Source of the DNA: Macrostomum lignano
Taxonomy: Eukaryota
DNA length: 64,000 nt
NCBI GenBank assembly: GCA_002269645.1
Contig: NIVC01000099.1
Coordinates: 124,001-188,000, forward strand
Reading direction: 5' to 3'
Shown: piece after piece, positions 25,101 through 37,663 of the stretch
How positions within the stretch are numbered: position 1 is the first letter of the stretch
Layout: every line of letters begins with the position of its first letter
Made by a program: the position numbers and the translations under genes
Notes under the pieces: generated by a model
The model's database searches: none
Told to the model about the DNA's origin: nothing
The model's input: the letters and a program-made list of their open reading frames with translations, nothing else

Positions 25101-26333
25101 CACCTGAGACCATCGGAAGGTAAGACTTGTCACACCTGAGACCATCGGAAGGTAGACTTGTCACACCTGAGACCATCGGAAGGTAGACTTGTCACACCTG
25201 AGACCATCGGAAGGTAAGACTTGTCACACCTGAGACCATCGGAAGGTAGACTTGTCACACCTGAGAAAGGAGTGTCACGCCTGAGATTGTAAGGACTGTC
25301 ACACCTGGGATTGTAAGGACTGTCACACCTGGGATTGTAAGGACTGTCACACCTGGGATTGTAAGGACTGTCACACCTGAGATTGTAAGGACTGTCACAC
25401 CTGGGATTGTAAGAACTGTCACACCTGAGATTGTAAGGACTGTCACACCTGAGATTGTAAGAACTGTCACACCTGAGATTGTAAGGACTGTCACACCTGA
25501 GATTGTAAGGACTGTCACACCTGAGATTGTAAGGACTGTCACACCTGAGATTGTAAGGACTGTCACACCTGAGATTGTAAGGACTGTCACACCTGAGATT
25601 GTAAGGACTGTCACACCTGAGTTTGTAAGGACTGTCACACCTGAGATTGTAAGGACTGTCACACCTGAGTTTGTAAGGACAGTCACACCTGAGATTGTAA
25701 GGACTGTCACACCTGAGATTGTAAGGACTGTCACACCTGAGATTGTAAGAACTGTCACACCTGGGATTGTAAGGACTGTCACACCTGAGTTTGTAAGGAC
25801 TGTCACACCTGAGATTGTAAGGACTGTCACACCTGAGATTGTAAGGACTGTCACACCTGAGATTGTAAGAACTGTCACACCTGAGATTGTAAGGACTGTC
25901 ACACCTGGGATTGTAAGGACTGTCACACCTGAGATTGTAAGGACTGTCACACCTGAGATTGTAAGGACTGTCACACCTGAGATTGTAAGGACTGTCACAT
26001 CTGGGATTGTGAGGACTCCAAGTAAGATTGTAGCTCACACTTGAGACTACAGTATCAGGATTCCTCAGCATACTCGAGTCGAGACCGCAGTGATGTCTCA
26101 TTAATGATAGTCAGCTGTGAAGGTCACCACTACAGGCCACTGACAGCCCTTAATTTGTTATTGTCTGTCCGCCAGCCAGTCTTTCAAACATCACTCCATA
26201 GATAGACGCGAGCTGCAAAGACACACGGACGAACCTTTTCAGGAGTTGAACAGTTCGCCTGGCGCCTCAGGTACAGAGCCACCCGGCCAGCGGTGCCCTG
26301 GTCCAGGTTCTTCAGGTGCCGATAGTTTTCCAT
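19123..26333 (-). CDS. NEK8: NIMA-related kinase with C-terminal RCC1 repeats (NEK8-like)
   Basis: Exons 26333-26235 (MENYRHLKNLDQGTAGRV), 24695-24287 (VIK, HRDLKPDN, DFG), 23072-22838 (GTPAYLSPE, DIWALGC), 22235-22022 (YSPLMSDLI...LTDLGCV, matching the NEK8 post-kinase segment), a probable linker exon near 20974-20860 (boundaries unresolved), 20769-20439 and 19886-19123 (RCC1 repeats DCGDRFAACLTDAG, LGHGD..., VACGRRF). Confidence 0.85.
19969..20430. repeat. Intronic minisatellite, 23-bp unit GTCAGCCCAGAGTCCCGCACTGG
   Basis: About 20 near-identical copies. Confidence 0.95.
20988..21995. repeat. Intronic GT-rich array (TTGTGTTGTTGTGGTA-like units)
   Basis: Produces the artefactual C/V/L-rich ORFs. 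Confidence 0.95.
22275..22765. repeat. Intronic minisatellite, 26-bp unit CTAGTGTGACACTGTGCCAGTTCTGA
   Basis: Tandem copies between NEK8 exons 3 and 4. Confidence 0.95.
23090..24260. repeat. Intronic G-rich minisatellite, about 23-bp unit GGGCGGGTTGGGGGCGATTCTCA
   Basis: Three G-runs per unit; interrupts the kinase activation segment. Confidence 0.95.
24840..26010. repeat. Two abutting intronic minisatellites (31-32 bp and 24 bp) sharing the core TGTCACACCTGAGA
   Basis: The unit changes at about 25260-25285. Confidence 0.95.
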
Positions 26334-26804
26334 TTCATTCGCAGTTCATTTAAACAGAAAAAAACCATTTAGGCGCTCTGGATAAGCTGCAGTGCTGGCT
26401 CAATCTGCGTCAGGCTCTGGCATTAACTGCATACTTTAAGGTTGTCCCTGCTGCTCAGACAAGGCCTGCCTTATCTCCACTGCTAAAATTGAGTTATTAG
26501 CTAAGCAAAATAAATTCACCAAGGCCAAAGACGTGTTCATTTTGAGTTCCGAATTGCTGACAAATGCAAACGCGGTCACAGAATAAACTATTCTGACGGA
26601 GCGCTGAAATCGAACGGTGACTTTGTATTCATTTCAACACTTGGGACAGGCAAAGTCAGGGAGCGGGTTGCAAAGACGATGGAAGTCAATCAGTCGGTAA
26701 ATCGGACAGGCCTTCGAATAGGGTGAAGCATAAGAAGCATGGGACCGATTTACAGAGAGACAGACAGGCCAGCTCAAGCCAAAGTCCAGCCGCAGTCCAC
26801 AGCT

Positions 26805-29129
26805 TCACTTCTTGCCCCTGCTGAGCTTTTTCACCTCGCCCTCCTGGTTGCCCAGCGCGCCCATCAGCTCGCGCACCTTCCGCTTGCGCTGCGCGTCCGC
26901 CCGCAGCGTCGTCTCCAGCCGCTCGCCGGCCAAGAAGTCGCGGTCGCGGGCCACCTCGCGCACAGCCGCCTTCATCGCCCGTTTGCGCGCCCGCAGCAGG
27001 CGTTTTCGCTCCTCGCCGCTGCTGCTGTCCGACTTTCGCCGGCCGGGGTCGAAATTGGCTTCGACCTGCGGCTCCAGCAGCTCCAGCATGCGGGGCGGCT
27101 CGCGCTCGCGGAGGAGGCGGGCGCCGGTCGCCTCGGCGGAGCAGTCGGCGAATGAGTTGAGGAAGCTGCGCGATGATGAAGAGTTGAGGAGTAATCGATG
27201 ATGGAAAAGTTCTCGATGGAAAATTCCTAAATTTAGAATACCTATATAACTTTACAGGCAAAACACAGCATTTTATAAATTGATAAGCAGTAGCATGAGC
27301 CCCCCAAAGAGGGTCAAGCTGCTAGTCCACTATACAAAATATCCGAAATCAAAATAGGAGCAGGCCTTCATGAGACCTGTGAATTTACCTGTCAGCCGCA
27401 TTCAGAATCTCGGCCGGCCACAGCCCGCCACCCGCAGCGGCCTTGGCCCGCTCGGCAGCCTCAGCCAGCGGCAGGAAGGCCGCCCGCAGTCCGGCCGACG
27501 GCAGGCCGCCGGTGGCGCCGACGCCGCGCCAGGCGGTGAGCAGCTCGCCAAGGTCGGCGAACACGCGGCCAAGGCAGAGCAGGCGGAGCCCGGCTGCCTG
27601 CGAGCTGGCCAGACCGCTGGCCCGCTGACACAGGCTGAGCGGCAGCGGTCCCGGCCGCCAGTCCGCTGGGACAGGTCGCGTTGCCAGCAGCAGCTGCTGG
27701 CGCCGGCGAAGCGCTGAACTGGCGCCGCTGTCCTCCTCCTGTTCCTCCTCAGCATCCGAGTTCGCATGAGGAGCTCCGCCACCGTCCCAACGACTGGCGT
27801 CAGCTGGCGAGGCTATGAGCAGGAGGCTGTGCAGACAGGCCAGAAGCTCCGGGCACAGGGGCCAGTGAAGGGCCGACAGAAGGCGCTTCAACGCCGAGAC
27901 CAGCAGCAGGATGCGGCAGATCTGGGGATTCGGTGGATTTGCTTAGGAGGTAAATCGAACAACAGGAAAATGATCCTACAACCGATTTATTAATAACCCA
28001 GATGAAGCAGACACAGTTCTACACAAGCTGCTCAGACCTCTTTGAGCCCTGTGGGTCGTCGCCGGACGCAGCAGTCTGCCAGCACCTCGGCGCAGAAGGC
28101 CACGCCCAGCCTGAGGCAGCAGAAGCGGCGCGCTTTGAATCCGCTGAGGTTGCACAGCCGCAGGATGAGGCGCACAGTCTCCAGGTAGGGGGCAGGCGGA
28201 GCAGCGAGCGCGCCAGACGCAGAGTGGCCGTCTTCAGCGGCGGCGACTCGCTGACGACGCGCACGACGCAGTCGATCAAGCTTGCTGCACAGCCCCGCCA
28301 GCTGCTCGCCAGCAGAGCGCCGCTCTGACGGCTTCAACTTTGCCTTGGCAACCGAGCCGCCATTGCCGGTGGGAGCGGCGTCCTTAGCAACCAAACGCTG
28401 CGACTGCATCAGCTGGTCAGACAGCAGCTTGAAGGCGGACAGCTGATCGCCGGACTCCGGAGCCGCCTTCGTCGAAGTCGGCACCGACATCAGCGGACCC
28501 AGCTGGAATCGAACCCGAGACTTCCACTCGGCGTCAATGGCGTCGGTGAGGCGGCGCGTCTCCTCCAGCTGCTCGCGCTTCTCGGCGCGATCGGCGCGCG
28601 TCTGGGCGATCAGCGTCTCCATGCGGTCCTTGAGCCCCGTGCCCTTGCGCAGCAGGCCGCCTTCGTCGAACAGCGCCTCGGAGGACAGGCGGCTGCGGCC
28701 GGCTCCGGAAGCGTCGTCGTCGTCAAACTCGGCATCGTCCAGCTCGGTGGCCAGCGGAGCGAACTTGTTGACGGCCGACAGCAGTCCGGAGTCCTCCGTC
28801 TCCGACGGCTGCCGCATCGCCGCCTCAGCTTCCGCCGCCAGAACGCGGCGCTTCTGGGCGGCAAAACGGCGCAGCGCCACCTCGGCGGCGGCGTCGGCCA
28901 CGTCGGCATTGCCGTCGCTGCCAGTAGCACCGAGGCGTCGGTCTAGCAGGCCACCTTTTTTAAAACGCCGGCCCAGTTCGGCGCCCAGCGTGCGGCGCCG
29001 TTTGGCCAGACCGCGGGCGGCGCCGCGGCCCGGGGCGGCGATGGCCTTGGCTGCCTTGGCAACACCCTTGACAACGGCGGCTGGACGGCCAGCGGTGCCA
29101 TTTGAAGCTTTTGCTGCGGAGCGCTTTGC
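26805..29129 (-). CDS. NOP14: Nucleolar protein 14 (40S biogenesis); start exon unresolved
   Basis: Phase-consistent exons 29129-28038, 27921-27389, 27165-26805. N-terminal PG...RGLAKRRRTL....DRRLG...RRFA and C-terminal KRAMKAAVREVARDRDFLA...DAQRKRKVRELMGALGNQEGE match the Nop14 family. A one-codon ATG exon at 29543-29541 is possible but has a weak donor. Confidence 0.88.
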
Positions 29130-29170
29130 CTGGAAGTGGATGGGAAAGTGAGGACACGGATTCATTCTTG

Positions 29171-29410
29171 GCCCAGGTAGTCACTCGCGTCGCCCCAGAG
29201 TCGTTGCAGGTCAGCACAGGTAAGATAGGACTCTAGATCCCGTTGTCTGAGAGTCGCCTAAGAGTCAATTTGAGGCGATATTGCGACCACAAAACGACTC
29301 TGGGGCGATGCAAGTAGACCCTGGGCGCTTTTAGAATAACTCTGGGACCGTAGAGTCGGATCTGAGGCATTCCAGAGTCGCTGTAGAATCGCTGAGTTGC
29401 GTCTGCGCCA
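29171..29410. mobile_element. Small inverted-repeat (MITE-like) element; a related copy lies near 37345-37660
   Basis: GCCCAGG...CGCCCCAGAGTCGT (29171-29204) is inverted at about 29294-29326; the same GAGTC/GACTC-rich motif recurs at 37345-37380. Confidence 0.45.
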
Positions 29411-29798
29411 CTTTATGAATCAGAACATCTGATTCGCATCTACAACAACCCTATTTAGTCTATCTGATACTTGAGAGCTAGTAGAAAGTTAAGCGCATCA
29501 GTCAAGTCACTAATTGAGTTGATTGCAATGCCACTTCAACCATTCTGGTCACGGTAACGTTTTTTAGCGGGTGGGCTAGTCTAGCAATCCATTCTAATTC
29601 TTTCATATCTGATTGGCTAGCTAGATTAGCAGTATCATACTACTGCAAACAGAAATCGCTGTTGAGATATAAAAAATTTCAAATAAGGTACAAAAAGTTC
29701 GAACAGTTGCTATCAATTCAATCGGTATCGATCGGAGAGACCGGGAGTACAAATGCACCAAATGGATCTGCTTTATTTAAGACTGAATCGAGCCGCCG

Positions 29799-32579
29799 TT
29801 ACATATCGGCAGTAAAGCTGAACTTGATTGGCCCTCTGCCAGCAGCCGGCGCGGCTCCGGCCTTCTTCTTGTCGATTTTCGCCGCCTTCGCCTCGGCGCC
29901 GCCCTCCACAGCGGGGGTGGCCAGGTACAGCTGGTCCGTCAGCCGGCGCTTGCTGACGCCCTCGCTGCTGGAGGCCGTCAGGCCCTTGACCACCCGATCC
30001 CCAGCGGCTCGGACACTCGACCGGGTCAGCTCGGACACGCCGGACAGAGGCAGCAGGCCGGCCAGGCGGCTTTTGGCGTACAGCTGGCACAGCAGCCGCC
30101 TGCCGCGAAGGTCGAACACCCGCAGGTGCCGGTCCTCAGACGTTGCGAACAGCAGGCCGGCGTCGATGACCGCGTCCAGGGCCGTGACAGCGCCGGAGCA
30201 GCTCGGCTTGAAGTGGCCCAGCAGCTGCGCGGCCGCCGCGGCTGGCGACTTTGAAGAGGCAGCTGGCGGGCGGCGAAGGTCGAATAAGCCAAGATGGCCC
30301 GCTGAATTGCCCGCCGCGACTGCGGCTGCCGATGCTGCCTCGATGGCGCAGCAGGACTGCAGGATCAGAGGAAAAATTTATCCTAACTGAAGAAATGAAG
30401 CCAGCCTCCCACATCCTCAGTTGCTGGGCCAGCCTCCCACATCCTCAGTTGCTGGGCAAGCCCCCAAATCCTCAGGCTGGGCCAGGCTCCCAGATCCTCA
30501 GTTGCTGGGCCAGCCTCCCACATTCTCCTCAGTTGCTGGGCCAGCCTCCCACATCCTCCTCAGTTGCTGGGCCAGCCTCCCAGATCCTCAGTTGCTGGGC
30601 CAGCCTCCCACATCCTCAGTTACTGGGCCAGCCTCCCAGATCCCCAGTTGCTGGGCCAGCCCCTTAAATCCTCAGTTGCTGGGCCAGCCTCCCAGATCCT
30701 CAGTTGCTAGCCCAGCCTCCCAGATCCTCAGTTGCTGGGCCAGCCTCTCAGATCCTCAGTTGCTAGCCCAGCCTCCCAGATCCTCAGTTGCTGGGCCAGC
30801 CTCCCAGATCCTCAGTTTCTGGGCCAGCCTCCCAGATCCTCAGTTGCTGGGCCAGCCTCCCAGATCCTCAGTTGCTAGCCCAGCCTCCCAGATCCTCAGT
30901 TGCTGGGCCAGCCTCCCAGATCCCCAGTTGCTAGCCCAGCCTCCCAGATCCTCAGTTGCTGGGCCAGCCTCCCAGATCCCCAGTTGCTAGCCCAGCCTCC
31001 CAGATCCTCAGTTGCTAGCCCAGCCTCCCAGCCCCAGCTCACCTGAATCGGATACTCGGACCAGGCCAAGTTAACAACAGGCCGCCGCTGCTCGCCAGGC
31101 GAGTAGAGCCGCAGCTCTCGGTGGCCGGTGCACACAGCCAGCAGTTGGCCGCCAGCAATCGGTCTGATGTCGCGCACGTCGACTGGACGGCGAAGGTTCA
31201 GCCGGTCGTTGGGCAGATTCTTGGCCTAGGAAATTTTGGGGGAACAAACAAAGGTTAAAATTGTAGCGGTAGCGTCTAACTTGACAAAAAATGAACCCGA
31301 GAATTCTTTATCTGATTTCATCAGATCCGCATGGATCAAAACCAGCTGCTCACCTGGAACACGCAGGACTCGGCCGCCACATCCCAGACCCGAAGGTCGG
31401 ACTCGCGACCGCCGGTAGCCAGACGAGCGTCGCTGTCGCCCCAGGCGCGGACGACGCCAACGTGGCATCCGGCGCGCAGCTGGGCCGCATCGGTGCAGCT
31501 GGCAGCGGAGGCGGCGAAGGAGGCCAGCCTGACGGTGCCGTCCTCGTGACCAACTGCCAGCAAATCTCTCCGCTCGCCGCTGGAATCCGCCGAGGAACAA
31601 CAGAAGGTCAGACAGGTCGTGGCGGCGGCTGGGACCTGCGAGATGGATTTGCACGGACTGGCGGTGTGATGGCCTCGCATGTTTGGCTTGTTGTGGCGGT
31701 AAATGGTGCTTAGCTACCTGCATGTGCTACTGCCTTGTACATTGTTCCAGACTCGGCTTTCACTCTCGTGTGAGGGTTAGGGTTTAGAAATAGGGTAGGG
31801 TACAGTTGGAGTTTGGGTTGGGGTTATGGCTAGGGTTATAGGTTGGGGTTATGGTTAGGGTTAGGGTTAGGGTTATGGTTAGGGTTAGGGTTATGGTTAG
31901 GGTTATGGTTGGGGTTATGGTTATGGTTATGGTTATGGTTAGGGTCATGGTTATGGTTATGGTTAGGGTTATTGTTAGGGCTTTGGTTATGGTTATGGTT
32001 AGGGTTATTGTTAGGGTTATGGTTATGGTTAGGGTTATTGTTAGGGTTATGGTTAGGGTTTTGGTTAGTGTTAGGGTTATGGTTAGGGTTATGGTTATGG
32101 TTAGGGCTATGGTTAAGGTTAAATTTTTCGGTCCTATCACATCAAACCCGAAATCATAAGGCTTAAACCTCTTTTACTGACCGGTTGGATTTTAAAACGC
32201 TTTAGGTCTAGAAACCTAGATGATGCTTTCGATTGCGGAATGCGGAAATGATGGCTAATGACCTTTCTGAACTTACCTCAGCTGGTGACGTCATCTCAAC
32301 TGCCGCAGCTTTTTCAGCGCTATCCATCTGTCGAAGGTCGTCGTCCAGGCGTCGCAACAGGCCGGTGGCGGTGGCGGCGTAGACGCGTGCCGGGCCGCCG
32401 CAGTCCGGGCTGGAGGCCAGACCGATCACCGGGTGTCGCTGGCCGAACTCCGCCACGGCCGACAGTCTGGGAGGCTGGGATGCATCACCAGACACTGCGG
32501 AGAATGTGACCGACTTCACGTGCCCGGAGCGGCAGGCTAGAAGAAGCTGCGGCGACTGATGAGGCTCAGGATCCGGCAT
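29799..32579 (-). CDS. WDR74: WD repeat protein 74 / Nsa1 (60S biogenesis)
   Basis: Phase-0 exons 32579-32277, 31635-31354, 31225-31043, 30356-29799. Motifs LATGGRESDLRVWD, AKNLPNDRLNLRRP, VCTGHRELRLY, EYP, AGNSAGHLGLFDLR, LYAKSRL. Confidence 0.88.
30405..31030. repeat. Intronic minisatellite, 28-bp unit CCCAGATCCTCAGTTGCTGGGCCAGCCT
   Basis: Tandem copies in the last WDR74 intron. Confidence 0.95.
31773..32120. repeat. Interstitial telomere-like hexamer array (GGTTAG/GGTTAT)
   Basis: Mixed TTAGGG and TTATGG units in WDR74 intron 1. Confidence 0.9.
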
Positions 32580-32617
32580 TGCAACGGATTCTGGAATAGT
32601 AGACAAATTAAAAGACT

Positions 32618-32631
32618 GTTACCATGGCAAC
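32618..32631. promoter_or_regulatory. X-box (RFX binding site) candidate GTTACCATGGCAAC
   Basis: Exact match to the palindromic RFX consensus GTNRCC-AT-RGYAAC, 39 nt upstream of the WDR74 ATG. Confidence 0.55.
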
Positions 32632-32655
32632 AAATTTGATAACTAGGTGATCTAT

Positions 32656-33022
32656 CAGTGACCAGGTGGGCTGGCAACCAACTGCATCAGTGACCAGATA
32701 GGCTGGCAACCAACTGCATCAGTGACCAGGTGGGCTGGCAACCAACTGCATCAGTGACCAGGTGGGCTGGCAACCAACTGCATCAGTGACCAGATAGGCT
32801 GGCAACCAACTGCATCAGTGACCAGGTGGGCTGGCAACCAACTGCATCAGTGATCAGGTGGGCTGGCAACCAACTGCATCAGTGACCAGATAGGCTGGCA
32901 ACCAACTGCATCAGTGACCAGGTGGGCTGGCAACCAACTGAATCAGTGACCAGGTGGGCTGGCAACCAACTGCATCAGTGACCAGGTGGTCTGGCAACCA
33001 ACTGCATCAGTGACCAGGTGGG
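32656..33022. repeat. Minisatellite, 32-bp unit CAGTGACCAGGTGGGCTGGCAACCAACTGCAT
   Basis: About 11 copies directly upstream of WDR74. Confidence 0.95.
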
Positions 33023-33904
33023 CTTGCTGGATCAGATAATGGTTTAAATGAAGCAAGAGATAGAAATTAAATGTATAAAACAAAGTTTAACAAATATTCA
33101 AGTTTCCAAAGTTAAAAGTGTATTTATCAAACATGCAATATAGAGCGCAAATTGAAGTCAGTTAACGCTTACAATCGGGCAGGTCCAAATAAGTGAGCAG
33201 TCAGCCATCTGCATACAGAATAAAATCTATAGCGCAAGTAGCTAAAAAAACCGTGAGATTTTTTTAATCGAGCTGCACACTAAAAGTACAGATTGTGCTA
33301 ACAACTTGAAAAAACATTCGCTCAAGTACATACTCATATAATAGTAAAATAGAAAAATAAAAATAAATTATTGATAAATGTTGTGCGCCTGCTCGCATGT
33401 GTGCTAAATAATATATAAATTATCATAGAATTCTCTCAAGTATTAGCTAAGGCAATTTGCTAGTGCAATATTAAAAGTTCCTTAGGAATAAAAATCACAA
33501 GACTGTCAAGTTGGTGAGCTTGTTAGGCCTAACATGTCTAGAGCATGGACGCGACAGCCTGTTTTTTGCTAAACTCTAACAGATGCCAGGCAAAACAAAA
33601 ACTATGTACTTGATATACTACTTAGCAAATATTGAATTCAGTAGTTTAACATAGGCCTAAAACATTTAGTTACTCCGGAATAACAGAAAAGCAAGCAATC
33701 AGATCTGCACAGTATACAGTGGCTTCTGAACAGTGCACCAATAGTATACTAATTTAGACATCGATTTTAACCATTCAGAACTCAAAACAGGGCCACAAAA
33801 TGTCATGCAGTGCACAATAACACTTAGGAACGGTGAAATAAGGCAAGGCACAGTTTAAATATTGGGGATTAGCACCGATGCATTGCCGCTGCACTGCACT
33901 CAGA

Positions 33905-34680
33905 GTACTGGATGCTCAAACTGCTGGGTCCTAAAACTGCTGGGTCCTCAGATTGCTGGGTCCTCAGATTGCTGGGTCCTCAGATTGCTGGGTCTTCAAA
34001 CTGCTGGGTCCTCAGATTGCTGGGTCATAAAACTACTGGGTCCTCAGATTGCTGGGTCCTCAAACTGCTGGGTCCTCAAACTGCTGGGTCCTCAAACTGC
34101 TGGGTCCTTAAACTGCTGGGTCCTCAGATTGCTGGGTCCTCAAACTGCTGGGTCTTCAAACTGCTGGGTCCTCAGATTGCTGGGTCCTCAAACTGCTGGG
34201 TCTTCAAACTGCTGGGTCCTCAGATTGCTGGGTCATAAAACTGCTGGGTCCTCAGATTGCTGGGTCCTCAGATTGCTGGGTCCTCAAACTGCTGGGTCCT
34301 CAGATTGCTGGGTCCTCAGATTGCTGGGTCCTCAGATTGCTGGGTCCTCAAACTGCTGGGTCCTTAAACTGCTGGGTCCTCAGATTGCTGGGTCCTCAAA
34401 CTGCTGGGTCCTAAAACTGCTGGGTCCTCAGATTGCTGGGTCCTCAAACTGCTGGGTCCTCAGACTGCTGGGTCCTCAAACTGCTGGGTCCTGAGATTGC
34501 TGGGTCCTCAAACTGCTGGGTCCTCAGACTGCTGGGTCCTCAGATTGCTGAGTCTTCAAACTGCTGGGTCCACAAACCGCTGGGTCCTCAGATTGCTGAG
34601 TCTTCAAACTGCTGGGTCCTCGGACTGCTGGGTCCTCAAACTGCTGGGTCCTCAAACCGCTGGGTCCTCAAACCGCTTGG
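33905..34680. repeat. Minisatellite, 16-bp unit GCTGGGTCCTCAGATT/GCTGGGTCCTCAAACT
   Basis: Tandem copies between DUSP and WDR74. Confidence 0.95.
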
Positions 34681-34922
34681 TTCTTTAAGTTGCACATCTG
34701 GCCGAATTGGGGCAGGAGTAATCAGTTATTATAATTATTATTATATTATGGGCCCTCAAACTGCCCGAGTCCTTTAACTGTCAGGTCTTTAAACTGCTGG
34801 ATCCTGAGACTAGTGGGTCCTTGAACTAATTCTTAAACTACAGAGCCCTAAAATCAAAATCTTACAAAGTTCGAAAAGTTCGAAAAGAAGAAAAAATGAT
34901 TGCGCAAACAGCTGCGACAGAT

Positions 34923-35309
34923 TCACTCATTGGAATCTCGGTCTCCAGCAGCAGCCACGTCTGAGGGCTTGGCCTCCTCCACAGCCTCAACCGCCTCCTC
35001 CACGTCTTTCCCGTGGCCATTCCGCTCGGTGGTGTCCTCCCGGCCCTCGGCCTGCTCAGCATCGCCAGCGGCAGCGTCGTCAATCTCGTCCTCGGCGTCG
35101 GGCAGGTGGTGCACCGCGAAGAAGGCGTTACCGCGCCGCTCGATGCTCGGCTCTCCGCGCCAATATCCAGTGCGCTCGAATTCGGCACAGATCTCCGCCA
35201 GCTTCAGGAGGCGATCGCGGTCCTCCTGCCAGGGCCCGAACTGAAGACGGGTGGGGGAATGTGGGACTGTCTGTCTCTATTTGTCTATCTGTCTGTCTGC
35301 CTGTCTGTG

Positions 35310-35359
<50 letters not shown>

Positions 35360-35360
35360 G

Positions 35361-35418
<58 letters not shown>

Positions 35419-35419
35419 G

Positions 35420-35461
<42 letters not shown>

Positions 35462-35469
35462 GGTCTGTC

Positions 35470-35511
<42 letters not shown>

Positions 35512-35557
35512 TGTCTGTCTGTGTGTGTGTCTGTCTGTCTGTCTGTTTGTCTGTGTG

Positions 35558-35643
<86 letters not shown>

Positions 35644-36169
35644 GTCTGTCTGTCTGTCTGTAAGCATTTCGCCCAACTCCCTGACAGGCCCCTCCAACCT
35701 TTTCTAGCAGGCGCGCTCGCTCAGCCTCTAGTCCGCCATCATTTTGCCAGAGTCGCAGCTGAGCTCGAAAGTGAAAATTGGGCGCCACGTCGTGCTTAGC
35801 GGCCCGCACGGCGCTGAGCACAGTGTCCCAGGGCAGGTCGGTGACGGAGGCCAGGTAGGCGATGATAAGAGTGGCGCTCCTGCTTACGCCCGCCATGCAA
35901 TGGACGAAGACGGCCTCCCCAGCCAGCCGGCCAGAGTGGATGAAGTCATTGGACTGCTGGAAGAACTGCCGGATGTCCTGCTGGCAGCTGTCCGCCGCCA
36001 GAAACTGCAGATGGTTTCGCTGCTTAACGCAGGCCGGCATGCTGAACCTGGCGTCGAATATGGTGAGGATGTGCCGGACGCCGTTCTCCTCCAGCAGTTT
36101 AGCATTGTTGGCGCCCTGCCAACTGCCCAGGTACAGATTGGGCGCGATCAAACTCATCTGAGCGCCCAT
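34923..36169 (-). CDS. DUSP22: Atypical dual-specificity phosphatase, DUSP22/DUSP15-like
   Basis: Exons 36169-35699 and 35240-34923 (phase 0). N-terminal MG, LYLG, AADS general-acid loop, intact [15 protein letters not shown]; acidic C-tail. A probable 5'UTR exon lies near 37255-37181. DUSP22 vs DUSP15 cannot be separated by eye. Confidence 0.85.
35270..35660. repeat. (GTCT)n/(GT)n microsatellite in the DUSP intron
   Basis: Directly visible. Confidence 0.95.
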
Positions 36170-36231
36170 TGTTGCTGTAGACAGGTGCTGGGCGCTGCAA
36201 CATGCATTGAGAGAATTGGCATTGGGGTGCG

Positions 36232-36810
36232 TTATCTGCGCCTTGCCCTGCTGTCACCTTCCCCATCTGCGCCTTGACCTGCTGCCGCCTTCCCCATCTG
36301 CGCCTTGCCCTGCTGTCGCCTTCCCCATCTGCGCCTTGCCCTGCTGTCGCCTTCCCCATCTGCGCCTTGACCTGCTGCCGCCTTCCCCATCTGCGCCTTG
36401 CCCTGCTGTCGCCTTCCCCATCTGCGCCTTGACCTGCTGCCGCCTTCCCCATCTGAGCCTTGCCCTGCTGCCGCCTTCCCCATCTGCGCCTTGCCCTGCT
36501 GCCGCCTTCCCCATCTGCGCCTTGCCCTGCTGTCGCCTTCCCCATCTGCGCCTTGACCTGCTGCCGCCTTCCCCATCTGCGCCTTGCCCTGCTGTCACCT
36601 TCCCAATCTGGGCCTTGCCCTGCTGTCACCTTCCCAATCTGGGCCTTGCCCTGTCACCTTCCCCATCCGCGCCTTGCCCTACTGTCGTTCCCCATCCGCG
36701 CCTTGCCCTGCTGTCACCTTCCCCATCTGCGCCTTGCCCTGCTGCCGCCTTCCCAATCTGCGCCTTGCCCTGCTGCCGCCTTCCCCATCTGCGCCTTGCC
36801 CTGCTGTCAT
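36232..36810. repeat. Minisatellite, 31-bp unit GCCTTGCCCTGCTGTCGCCTTCCCCATCTGC
   Basis: Tandem copies upstream of the DUSP ATG. Confidence 0.93.
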
Positions 36811-37663
36811 CTGCATAACAGAATTAAAAAGATTTTTGACAAATAACTGCCGAGGACAAGGGATCGCTTAAATAACAACAGCCAATGAGTGAAAATGTGA
36901 CCAATAATAACCGGGTCACAAAATCAGCAAACAGCATTGAAAAATTAAACTAAAACTAGAGTTTATTTCGAACGCGAACACAATTCACAGTAACGCTGAA
37001 AACGCACATTCCAAACGCTAACAGATACCACATTAAACTGGTCAAGACTAGAGATTACTGAGTGCAAAGCGACAACAGAAAAATGAAATTAATACCGAGA
37101 CGTGACTAGATACTAAGAGTAGCATATATAAAACCCGATAAAAGCGCTACTTAAAAGCCGACAATGCTTTTGCTCGCACCTGAATCAAGCAACACGGATG
37201 CAGGAGGACCAAAGAATGATACGATTTCGCCTGCCTAGTTATAAACAATCAGCCTGAAGACAGCGAGGCAGCACTCACACAGGGTGTACAGCGCCCTGAC
37301 TTTTTAATCGTCACCCGATGAAAACGGTACCTACGCCAAGAAGCGTCCCGGAGTCACTTGCGCTGCCCCAGTCGTTGCTGATAGCGCAGGTAAAAGAGGA
37401 AAGAAGTGACTCTAAATGACTCAGACGACGAGATGTCGCGGTACAAATGGCCGAAAAGTCGTCGTCTGAGGCGTTCTAGAGTCACTGTAGAGTCATTGGC
37501 TTGCCTTTGAAGTCCATTCGCGTCGCTTGATGAATCAGAATCAAATCTCTAACGAAAGTTAAGCGATAACACAACGATTCTTGGACGACTCTTTCACGAT
37601 TCTCTCACGACAGCTCACACGACGCCACTAGACAGTTGCTTGCAACGACTTTATAGCGACTCT

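Noticed and set aside
24840-25260. Hammerhead ribozyme in the CTGAGA-containing array
   Set aside because: The core needs CUGANGA and GAAA with supporting stems; these are not present.
20680-26101. Cys/Val-rich, Gly/Arg-rich and CDSPYNLR repeat ORFs as metallothionein-, RGG- or adhesive-type proteins
   Set aside because: All lie within NEK8 introns defined by phase-consistent kinase and RCC1 exons and are open in several frames at once.
31773-32120. Chromosome end
   Set aside because: The telomere-like hexamers are degenerate, short and inside WDR74 intron 1.
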